From Gemmatimonadales bacterium (GTDB lineage Bacteria; Gemmatimonadota; Gemmatimonadetes; Gemmatimonadales; GWC2-71-9), in NCBI GenBank assembly GCA_041741375.1, contig JBGSKF010000241.1, positions 1,878-65,877 on the forward strand: a DNA stretch of 64,000 nt, written 5' to 3'. Under the pieces are notes generated by a model, which made no database searches, was not told the origin of the DNA, and worked only from the letters and a program-made list of their open reading frames with translations. The position numbers and the translations under genes were made by a program. Below, piece by piece: positions 8,048-15,848 of the stretch (within the stretch, counting starts at the first letter, position 1; each line of letters opens with the position of its first letter).

Positions 8048-9612
8048 ATGAGCGTGAGACTGCCCGCGACAACCCGGGGGGTATTCACATGCCTTCTGTC
8101 AGTGATGTTCGTTGCTGGGTGCTTTGATCAGGATACTCCCGTGGCTCCTACTGTCGCCCAGCCCAGCCTGTCATTGAGCTCGATGCCGCTTGAGGATGTT
8201 GGCGAGCTTCCACCATTTGTCGAGATCGCCAACGAGGTTCCGTCCTTCGGCGGCTTCTGGTTCAACGAGAAGGACCAGATCGTGGTGGCGGTGACCGATC
8301 TGGCCGATTTCGAGCGCGTGGCCGGCATGATCCCGAGGTATCTCGGTGCACACCAGCCAACCGGCTACGTCGCGATGCAGGTCGAACGCTCGTTCGCAGA
8401 TCTGGCCCGGTTTCGTGCCGTGTTGCGCGCTCCCGCATTTGCGCGCCAAGGGGTCGTGAGTCTCGGGGTGAAGGAATCGGCCAACCGGGTGGAAGTCGGG
8501 ATCACCGACCCTGGTGTTGAGGCAACGGTTCGAGGTTTGGCTCGCGGACTCGGCATTCCAGATGAGGCCCTTGTAATAGCGCGGGTGCCGGAACCTCGAG
8601 TGCATCACATACCCTTCGGAGTCAGCATCCGGCAGGGGGAATCGAGGGCGGGTGGGAGATTGGAAGCGGTGCTGGTAGGTGCAGCTTGGGGTTCCCGGCG
8701 GTCCGAATCAACGGTGGATCGTATGTCTTCGTGACGAACTCCCACTGTACGCCGACTGACCATGGGTTCGACGGAGCCGCTATTACCCAGCCGTGGCTTG
8801 GTACGATCGTGGGGTGGGAGATCGCGGACCCTCCGACCTGGCCTTGCGGAGGAACGTCATGCCGCAACTCGGATGCGGCGCTCATCTCCGCAGTTCAGCC
8901 GGTCCAGTTCGCTCGCATCGCGCGAACCGTGGAGCGGGTGTTTACCGATATCTCCGGTGGTGATCTTCGTATCGATCACCTCAACCCGACGTTCACCATC
9001 TCCGGCCGGCTCAACTTCGTGTGGGAGAACGAAACGCTCGAGAAGGTCGGAAGGACCACCGGATGGAGCTCTGGATCGGTTGAGGACACCTGTACTGACT
9101 TCAGCAGCAGCAGACCAGGAGAACCGAACTGGACGAAATTGTGCAGCGATCGTGTGGACTTCGCTGTTGACAGCGGAGACAGTGGGTCTCCGGTCTTCTT
9201 CTGGAAGCAGGATGGAACGGCGGAGCTTCGCGGAATCGTTCACGGCCGGAAGGGGTGTAGTTCTCCCTTCACCTGTTTCAACGATGGGATGATGTCCAAC
9301 CTCCATCAAATCGAGCTCGATCTCGGACTTCTCAGTGTGCATGGTGTAATCGCGAGGATCGAAGGGCCCACCGTTGTGCAGCCGAATACGAACTTCGTGT
9401 GGTCTGCGGTAGTCTCAGGCGGCAAGGCCCCGTTCGCCTTCGCCTGGTACCGGGATGGCGGCCTCGTCTCCACGTCTTCCACCTACTCGGGGAACAGTGA
9501 GGCCAGCGACTTCCAGTTGCGCCTGGACGTCTCGGACGCCTTGAGTGACGCATCGTCGGACACCGTGTTCGTTCAGATCATTACCTGCCCTCCCCCACTG
9601 ATCTCATGTTAA
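8048..9612 (+). pseudogene. Alpha-lytic-protease-like S1 serine protease (lipoprotein signal, prodomain, protease, Ig-like C-terminal domain), split by a frameshift
   Basis: ORF 8018..8734 carries the lipobox (MFVAGC) and a prodomain-like region. The frame containing ORF 8686..9612 carries the catalytic domain (TNSHC His, NSDAALI Asp, GDSGSPVF Ser). That frame is already open upstream and reads ...GGIEGGWEIGSGAGRCSLGFPAV. One extra G in the G5 run at 8635-8639 would fuse the two frames. Confidence 0.65.
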
Positions 9613-9680
9613 CGAGACATTTCCTCCGCATTGGGGCGCTGATGAGCCGCTCCAAGGGATCAGTCGCACGGGTAGGAACG

Positions 9681-10265
9681 ATGACCGTGCCCCCTCGCCT
9701 CATCGCGAGGACTCTCGCTATACTGCCTGTGCTGAGCGTTGCTGTCACCGTTGGTGTGCTCACCCCGACGCCAGGCACAGCCCAGTCTCTCGTTCTATCT
9801 CCCCGAGCGTCAGTGATGGGCGGTGACGTAGGCGCATGGTCTACTGGACTCCGCGCTGAGGTCGGATCGTCCACGATTGCTCTCTTCGGTCAGTTTGGTT
9901 GGTTTGGTGCGTCACACGACTGCCTGCTCAGCGCCCCGCCCAGCTGCACGACCCCATCTTCCGGTGGCCTCGAGCTCCTTGGGGGTGTGCGGCTTGCCCT
10001 GCCCCGCCTCGGTCCAGTGCGCCCGGCGATTTCCCTCGGTGCCGGTGCCATGATCTGGAACAATGACGGGCCGTTCGAGAGCGGGACCGGGAGCGTCTGG
10101 GAAGCGGAGCTACGACTGGGAATAAGAGCGTTTTCCTGGGGTGACCTTCTTCTCGGGGGCACTGTGAAAAGTGTAGGCCAAAGTGTCTCAGGCGGGATTG
10201 GACTCGCCAGAGATCGTGGCACCTATGGGGGGGTCGTGGTGGGACTGTTGATACCCGTGATGTGA
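9681..10265 (+). CDS. Small secreted/outer-membrane protein, paralog 1
   Basis: ORF 9606..10265. Start at ATG 9681 by alignment with its neighbour (194 aa each). Signal peptide ending TAQS, two Cys, and C-terminal YGGVVVGLLIPVM. Confidence 0.6.
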   Translation: MTVPPRLIARTLAILPVLSVAVTVGVLTPTPGTAQSLVLSPRASVMGGDVGAWSTGLRAEVGSSTIALFGQFGWFGASHDCLLSAPPSCTTPSSGGLELLGGVRLALPRLGPVRPAISLGAGAMIWNNDGPFESGTGSVWEAELRLGIRAFSWGDLLLGGTVKSVGQSVSGGIGLARDRGTYGGVVVGLLIPVM

Positions 10266-10319
10266 CGTTCCGATTCTGCCACAAGTTACTCCGGAGGGTC
10301 CCTTGGTGAGTGAGGTAAT

Positions 10320-10904
10320 GTGAGCATGCATCACCGCTTCGTCGTCTGGGCGTTCCCCGTGATGCCAGCACTCGCGGTTGCCATCACGGTGTTGGCTCTG
10401 ACACCCACGCGGGGGGCGGCACAGTCGCTCGTGGTTTCGCCCCGTGTCACCCTGATGGGCGGTGACGAATCCGCTGCATCTGCCGGGCTACGCGCCGAGG
10501 TTGGATCGTCCAGGTTTGCTCTCTTTGGTCAGCTTGGAGGGTTCGCTGCATCGCAAGAGTGTAGTGACCTCATCGCCCCGCAACGGTGCAGCACTCCATC
10601 CTCCAGTGGCCTCGAGCTCCTTGGGGGGGTGCGGCTTGCCTTGCCACGACTCGGTCCTGTCCGTCCCGCGATCTCCCTGGGTGTCGGCGCCCTTCTCTGG
10701 GACGATTTCAGGACCACGGACAATGGGACCGGGAGCATATGGGAAGCGGAGTTGAGGGTGGGAGTTACGGTGGCCTCCTGGGCCGATCTCCTTCTGGGAA
10801 CAGTGGTGAAGAGCGTCGGTAATCGCGCCGGCGGGACGACACTCGTCCCGGACCGCGGCACCTATGGGGGCATCGTGGTGGGGCTGTTGATACCCGTGAT
10901 GTGA
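10320..10904 (+). CDS. Small secreted/outer-membrane protein, paralog 2
   Basis: 194 aa, collinear with 9681..10265. Shared blocks: GLRAEVGSS..ALFGQ, STPSS.GLELLGGVRLALPRLGPVRPAISLG, DRGTYGG.VVGLLIPVM. Confidence 0.6.
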   Translation: MSMHHRFVVWAFPVMPALAVAITVLALTPTRGAAQSLVVSPRVTLMGGDESAASAGLRAEVGSSRFALFGQLGGFAASQECSDLIAPQRCSTPSSSGLELLGGVRLALPRLGPVRPAISLGVGALLWDDFRTTDNGTGSIWEAELRVGVTVASWADLLLGTVVKSVGNRAGGTTLVPDRGTYGGIVVGLLIPVM

Positions 10905-10914
10905 CGCGCACCCC

Positions 10915-11046
10915 GTAGGGGCGAATTAAATTCGCCCATGGCATGATAGCCGAGCGCTCGTAGGGGCGAATAACATTCGCCCGTGGCCTGGTAGCAAGCG
11001 CCCGTGGGGCGAATCACATTCGCCCATCGCATGACGACCGGACACC
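10915..11046. repeat. Three tandem ~44-bp repeats, each with an 8-bp-stem hairpin (REP-like)
   Basis: Units start at 10915, 10960 and 11004. Consensus: GTAGGGGCGAAT-NNN-ATTCGCCCRTGGCMTGRTAGC... Hairpins GGGCGAAT/ATTCGCCC lie at 10919-10937, 10964-10982 and 11007-11025. Confidence 0.85.
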
Positions 11047-11082
11047 CGGCGGGGGACGCCGCGGGTGCGGCGAAGATATGAA

Positions 11083-11165
11083 TGCCCGAGGCGAGAGTCG
11101 AACTCGCACGGGGTCGCCCCCGGTGGATTTTGAGTCCACTGCGTCTGCCATTCCGCCACTCGGGC
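11083..11165 (-). tRNA. tRNA-Leu (anticodon CAA), class II with a long variable arm; no encoded CCA
   Basis: Reverse complement: GCCCGAG TG GCGGAATGGCAGACGC A GTGGA CTCAAAA TCCAC CGGGGGCGACCCCGT GCGAG TTCGACT CTCGC CTCGGGC A. It folds by hand into a cloverleaf. Confidence 0.9.
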
Positions 11166-11237
11166 CCGGCCGGAAGTTGGCGGGCCGGAGGCGTTGGCGC
11201 AATGGGCCCGGGGGCAGGTCCGATCAACCGGATCTCG

Positions 11238-11307
11238 GGGCGAATGTGATTCGGCCCTACGCCGATCATACCGGAACCGGTGATGGGCGAATGTGATTCG
11301 CCCCTAC
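11238..11307. repeat. Two copies of the same hairpin repeat, in inverted orientation
   Basis: GGGCGAAT GTG ATTCGGCCCTAC (11238-11260) and GGGCGAAT GTG ATTCGCCCCTAC (11285-11307). These are the reverse complement of the units at 10915-11046. Confidence 0.8.
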
Positions 11308-11492
11308 GACGCGGACCCCCGCTCCCGTCCCGCACTCGAAGCGCCCGGTCCCGGGTGGGAAAGTCCTTTCCTAAAATCACACCGGGATTACCTTCCACGA
11401 GTTCCGGAAGTACAGCATTGTGATGGGGTGTGTGGGATCGCCAATCGGTCCGGCGCTCCGCCACACCCGAACTTGCGCGAGGTGTGAGGCTC

Positions 11493-12998
11493 ATGGGATT
11501 CACAACCGAAGTCACTCGAATTCGCCCCGAACACCATGCCACGGCGGTGCTCGGAATCCTCCTGCCCAAGCTGACCGCCACCGAAGGGCTCCCCCCCAGC
11601 CTTCAGGCGCTCGATTCCGCCACCGGAGGCATCCTCGGCCGTCTGGTCGCCAGTGGAGACCTGACCGGCACCGCCGACGAGGTGACGGTGGCCTGGCCCG
11701 CAGCCGCTGGGGTGGGTCCCGAACGCCTGATGGTGGTGGGTCTCGGGCCCGCCGCCGATCTGACCCGGACGGCCATCCGCCGGGGAGCCGCCGTTTTTGC
11801 CAAGCGACTGCGATCGGTCGGCGTCACGTCAGCGGCCCTCTACCTCCCCAAGGAATCCATGGGGAAGGCCTTGGATCGGGACGCGGCCCAGGCGCTCGCC
11901 GAAGGGGCCCACCAGGGCATCTGGAAATACGAGGCGATGCAGCGCCCTCCCGAGGACAAGAAGCCGGTTCCGGACGCGATCTCCCTCGTACACGAGGCGC
12001 CCTCGCCCGAGTGGATGGCGGGGGCCGCCGCTGGTGAGGCGATCGGGGCGGGGCACACCCTGGCCCGGACCCTCCAGATGCTTCCCGGAAACGTCTGCAC
12101 GCCGAGCTATCTGGCCCGGACCGCCGAAGAGCTGGGACAGCGGCATGGGATGATGGTGACGGTACTCGGTGAGGAGGAGCTCGAACGCGAAGGGATGCGC
12201 GCTCTCCTGGCGGTGGGGCAGGGAAGTGCCGAGGAAACCCGGTTTATCACGCTGGAGTACGCCGGATCCGAGGGCGCCCCGGTGGTCCTCATCGGCAAGG
12301 GGATGAGCTTCGACACCGGAGGCATCTCCCTCAAGCCGCCCCAGAACATGGAGGACATGAAGTACGACATGTCGGGCGCCGCGGCGGTGCTCGGCACTTT
12401 CGAGATGCTCGGGCGTCTCCAGCCCAAGGTGCGGGTGATCGGACTGGTGCCCACGGCGGAGAACATGCCGGGAAGCCGGGCGGTCAAGCCGGGAGACGTG
12501 ATCACGAGCCACCTCGGGAAGACCATCGAAGTGGTCAACACCGATGCCGAGGGCCGCATGGTCCTGGCCGATTCGCTCTCCTGGGCTCGGCGGTATGAAC
12601 CGGCGTGCGTTCTCGATGCCGCAACCCTCACCGGCGCCGTGGTGATCGCGCTCGGACATGAGGCGGCGGGGGTGATGGGGACGGACGAGGACCTCATCGC
12701 CTCCGTCCGGGAGGCGGGAGATCGGGCCGGGGAACGGGTCTGGCCCCTGCCGCTCTGGGACAGCTATCGGGATCAGATCAAGTCCGACATCGCCGACATC
12801 AAGAACAGCGGGGGGCGTCCGGCGGGCACGATCACGGCCGGCTGGTTCCTCCGTGAGTTCGTCGAGGGCTTCCCCTGGGCTCACCTCGACATCGCTGGAA
12901 CGGCGTACACCGACAAGGAGAGTGCCACCGGGGCGCGCGGTCCCACGGGCATGGGAGTACGTCTGTTCGCCGAGTTCCTGCTCGCCCGATCGGCCTGA
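11493..12998 (+). CDS. pepA: Leucyl aminopeptidase (M17)
   Basis: ORF 11430..12998. Start at ATG 11493 after GAGG. M17 motifs: GKGMSFDTGGISLKP, MKYDMSGAAAV, NTDAEGRMVLAD. Confidence 0.9.
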   Translation: MGFTTEVTRIRPEHHATAVLGILLPKLTATEGLPPSLQALDSATGGILGRLVASGDLTGTADEVTVAWPAAAGVGPERLMVVGLGPAADLTRTAIRRGAAVFAKRLRSVGVTSAALYLPKESMGKALDRDAAQALAEGAHQGIWKYEAMQRPPEDKKPVPDAISLVHEAPSPEWMAGAAAGEAIGAGHTLARTLQMLPGNVCTPSYLARTAEELGQRHGMMVTVLGEEELEREGMRALLAVGQGSAEETRFITLEYAGSEGAPVVLIGKGMSFDTGGISLKPPQNMEDMKYDMSGAAAVLGTFEMLGRLQPKVRVIGLVPTAENMPGSRAVKPGDVITSHLGKTIEVVNTDAEGRMVLADSLSWARRYEPACVLDAATLTGAVVIALGHEAAGVMGTDEDLIASVREAGDRAGERVWPLPLWDSYRDQIKSDIADIKNSGGRPAGTITAGWFLREFVEGFPWAHLDIAGTAYTDKESATGARGPTGMGVRLFAEFLLARSA

Positions 12999-13004
12999 TC
13001 GTCT

Positions 13005-14840
13005 GTGGGGTCTTTGCTCCGGGGGCTGGTTGGGGTTGGTCTGGCAGGTCTGGTCTCCGGGGCAGGGCTTCTGCACGGGCAGAACCCCCCACCGCCGCCC
13101 CCTCTCCCTCCCTTGCCGGGGGCAGTGGTTCGGGACACCGTCGAAGCCGACACGGTCGATCGCACGGCCCGGCTCCTCGATGTCGCATCGGCGGCCAGCA
13201 CGGTCACACCGGTGCTTCCCACCATCGGCACCGAGCGGCTCTTCACCCCGCATGCCCTCATCGTCTTTGACCAGGACTCCATCGATTGGACCAACGCCGA
13301 AACAGTGGGAGACCTGGTGGCCCGGGTGCCAGGAGCCTTCCTCTGGCGGGGGGGATGGCTCAATCGGGCGGAGATGCCCAGTTTCCGGGGTCGCGGGGCC
13401 AGTTCGATCTCCTGGTGGCTCGACGGGGTCCCCCTTCTTCCCCTCGGACCGGACAGCGTCTCCATCGACGCAACGCTGTTTCCCCTCAGCATGCTCGAGC
13501 GCGTGGAAGTGGAGCGGCTCCCGGGTGAACTGAGGGTCCACCTGTATACCCCGCGTCACGCGCGTCGGGCCCCGCGATCCCGGATCGGGGTGGCGGCGGG
13601 AGACTTCGAGATCGCCCGCTTCCAGGGGAGCCTCGAAAGGCGCGGCGAGGAGGGATTTGGCTTCGGAATCGGAGTGGACCATATCAGTCTTCCCGCCACC
13701 GTGGGGCCGCTGGGGAGTTATGAGAACAACGCGAGCTGGTTCCAGGCATCCTATCTGCCGAATCCTCGAATGGGAGTCCTTCTCCAGCTCTATCAGTCGC
13801 GGCCCGAACGGGAGCCACAGCTCGCGTTCGGGAGCCTGGCCGACACCATTGATCCCGGCGTTGACGGCAACCGGACCGATCTTTTGCTCCGCGGCCACTG
13901 GCGGCGGCAGGAGGATGGGCTGGGCCCTCGCCTCGACCTGATCCTCTCGCGGTCCTCGTGGAGCAGTGACAGTCTCAACCAGGGGATCACCCAGGTCGGA
14001 GCCATTGGTGGCTGGCGCAGCACCAACACCCATCTCGGATTCAGCGGCTTCCTCCGCTCGGATCGCACTCCCCTCGATCTCCGACTCACGGGGGGCGCGG
14101 CTCGCGGGCGCATTCTCTCCGCCACCGCGGAGGCGGCATTCCAGCGTCATGATGGTGGCCGCACCGCACGATGGCTTCTGGTGCGGGTCGGGGCGGACCT
14201 CCCGCTGGGCTTCACTGCCGCGGGAGTCCTGCGCACCGGACGAGTTCTGGCGGTTCCTTCCGACACCGCCGACGAGGTGCAGTCGGTGTCGGAGCGGAGT
14301 CTCACGGCGGGATGGGAATCGAAGGGGGCGGGGTTCGAGGTGGAGTACGCCCACACGGGAGCATTCCGTGGACGGGGGTTTCAGCAGTTCCGGACGGTGC
14401 CAACCCTCTCCCCTGTGCCCAGTGCCGACTGGATCACCTTTCGGGGGCGGGTGGCCCCGAAGCAGTGGCTCACGCTCGAGGGATGGGTGTCGGATCCGGT
14501 GCAGAACGGGGTCGAGGGAACTCCTCCGGAGCACATGGTCGGAACGGCGACCATCCGGTCCAAGTTTCTCCGGACCTTCCGGAGCGGGATCTTCGATCTG
14601 AAACTCCAGGTGGGTTTCGAACGCTGGGGGCAGGCGGTGATGGGACGCCTCGAAGACGGAACTGCCATTCTCCTTCCCTCCGCCACGCATGTCCGGGCCC
14701 AGATCCAGCTGCAGTTCGATTCGTTCATCGCCTTCTGGGACCGGAGCAACCTCCAGAGCACGGAGAACGGGTTCGTCCCGGGATTCCGTCCTCCATCGAT
14801 CACCAGCACCTTCGGGGTCCGCTGGCGATTCCTGAATTAG
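13005..14840 (+). CDS. Outer-membrane protein with a TonB-dependent-receptor plug-like domain
   Basis: GTG start and signal peptide. Plug-like region (TVGDLVARVPGAFLWRGG...FRGRGASS...DGVPLLP...LERVEVERLPG). The remainder is beta-rich and ends FGVRWRFLN. At 611 aa it is shorter than classical receptors. Confidence 0.55.
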   Translation: MGSLLRGLVGVGLAGLVSGAGLLHGQNPPPPPPLPPLPGAVVRDTVEADTVDRTARLLDVASAASTVTPVLPTIGTERLFTPHALIVFDQDSIDWTNAETVGDLVARVPGAFLWRGGWLNRAEMPSFRGRGASSISWWLDGVPLLPLGPDSVSIDATLFPLSMLERVEVERLPGELRVHLYTPRHARRAPRSRIGVAAGDFEIARFQGSLERRGEEGFGFGIGVDHISLPATVGPLGSYENNASWFQASYLPNPRMGVLLQLYQSRPEREPQLAFGSLADTIDPGVDGNRTDLLLRGHWRRQEDGLGPRLDLILSRSSWSSDSLNQGITQVGAIGGWRSTNTHLGFSGFLRSDRTPLDLRLTGGAARGRILSATAEAAFQRHDGGRTARWLLVRVGADLPLGFTAAGVLRTGRVLAVPSDTADEVQSVSERSLTAGWESKGAGFEVEYAHTGAFRGRGFQQFRTVPTLSPVPSADWITFRGRVAPKQWLTLEGWVSDPVQNGVEGTPPEHMVGTATIRSKFLRTFRSGIFDLKLQVGFERWGQAVMGRLEDGTAILLPSATHVRAQIQLQFDSFIAFWDRSNLQSTENGFVPGFRPPSITSTFGVRWRFLN

Positions 14841-14841
14841 T

Positions 14842-15078
14842 TCAAGGCCCCTTGGTAGACTGGCGCGCCGACTTCGGCTCCTTGAAACGATCCTCGAACT
14901 CCTTCACTTCCTCCTCGATCGCCTCCTGCGTCTTGCCATACCGCACCTGGAGTCGACCCAGCAACTGGTCCCGCTTCCCGGCAATGACATCGAGATCATC
15001 GTTGGTCAGCTTGCCCCACTGCTCGGCCACCTTGCCTCGGATCTGCTTCCATTCACCCTTGATCTGATTCGCGTTCAT
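14842..15078 (-). CDS. CsbD-family stress-response protein
   Basis: 78 aa. NQIKGEWKQIRGKVAEQWGKLTNDDLDVIAGKRDQLLGRLQVRYG is the canonical CsbD pattern. A GAGGA ribosome-binding site lies 7 nt upstream. Confidence 0.85.
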   Translation of the reverse strand: MNANQIKGEWKQIRGKVAEQWGKLTNDDLDVIAGKRDQLLGRLQVRYGKTQEAIEEEVKEFEDRFKEPKSARQSTKGP

Positions 15079-15285
15079 CGGATTGATCCTCGGTGCATGA
15101 GTGCCGGGCTTTCATGGGACGCACCGGACGGTTCGCCCGCGGCTGCCTGACCATTCACCCTCCCCGGTGCGGGTGAGTCGGCCGCGAGGCCCCTCGAACC
15201 GACCTCGTCGCCCGTCCGGTGCAGCCGATCACCCGTCGGGAGTGGCGCCCCCGGAGGGAACGCCTTCCGAGCTCCCAGAGCCCAT

Positions 15286-15438
15286 TCAGAGCGTGCCACG
15301 GCGACCTCCCACGAAATGCCAGATGAAGGCGATGAGGGCGATGACGAGAAGAAGGTGGATCAACCCCCCGCCCACGGGAACCACAACAAACCCGAGGAGC
15401 CAGAGCACCAACAGTACGATCGCAACGGTTACTAACAT
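15286..15438 (-). CDS. lmo0937-family small membrane protein
   Basis: ORF 15286..15489. Start at ATG 15438. MLVTVAIVLLVLWLLGFVV...GGLIHLLLVIALIAFIWHFVGGRR matches the two-TM lmo0937 pattern. Confidence 0.7.
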   Translation of the reverse strand: MLVTVAIVLLVLWLLGFVVVPVGGGLIHLLLVIALIAFIWHFVGGRRGTL

Positions 15439-15720
15439 GAGCGCCCTCCTGATGAAGAATTCGGGCCGGGTTGCTCCCGACTCACCCAAAGCCCGGCACT
15501 AGAACAACAATACGGACGGCCAGGGACTGGCGGTATTGATCGTTGGAACGAGAGGGACTATATCTTTCGAATGATCTTGGAGCAGAGCCGTCGCTCGACA
15601 ACCGTTTCCGGCGCCCCCGCCGACCGATCGTGAATTCATTTACTGGATTTCGGGAGTGAGAATGGATTCTCGCGTGCGCGGGAATGACGGGCATTGGCTG
15701 TCGTCAATTGATTAGAGCCT

Positions 15721-15790
15721 CCCTAGGTCCTATGTCCTGCTGTCCTAAGTCCTGCGTTCTCCACCGCCCCTGCCTTCCGATCCACCCGCC
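15721..15790. repeat. Solo heptamer array (GTCCT type) plus a degenerate cassette core
   Basis: CCCTAGGTCC TATGTCC TGCTGTCC TAAGTCC TGCGTTC, then CCACCGCCCCTGCCTTCCGATCC. This shares CGCCCCTGCC and CCGAT with the cores at 33016-33047 and 40794-40822. Confidence 0.6.
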
Positions 15791-15848
15791 CACCGAGTAA
15801 GTTTCATGGCTTGTCTCTGCTCAACCGGGGGGAACTGTGCCACGGAGC

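Noticed and set aside
10915-11046. A possible CRISPR array (regularly spaced ~20-nt palindromic repeats).
   Set aside because: There are only three units. The segments between the hairpins are themselves conserved between units, so this is a 44-bp tandem repeat and not repeat plus unique spacer. No cas genes or leader are present.
11083-11165. A tRNA-linked integrative element or prophage.
   Set aside because: There is no integrase, excisionase or phage gene, and I could find no direct repeat of the tRNA 3' end in the window. Only the lower-GC block is reported, as a weak islet candidate.
10862-11581. A 239-aa minus-strand ORF, plus smaller ORFs, spanning the tRNA-Leu and REP-like repeats.
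   Set aside because: It reads straight through a canonical tRNA gene and palindromic repeats. No motifs are present.
15482-15694. A 70-aa minus-strand ORF upstream of the lmo0937-family gene.
   Set aside because: The sequence is Arg/Ser-rich and basic with no motif. It overlaps the spurious N-terminal extension of the neighbouring ORF. The region is treated as a leader or non-coding.
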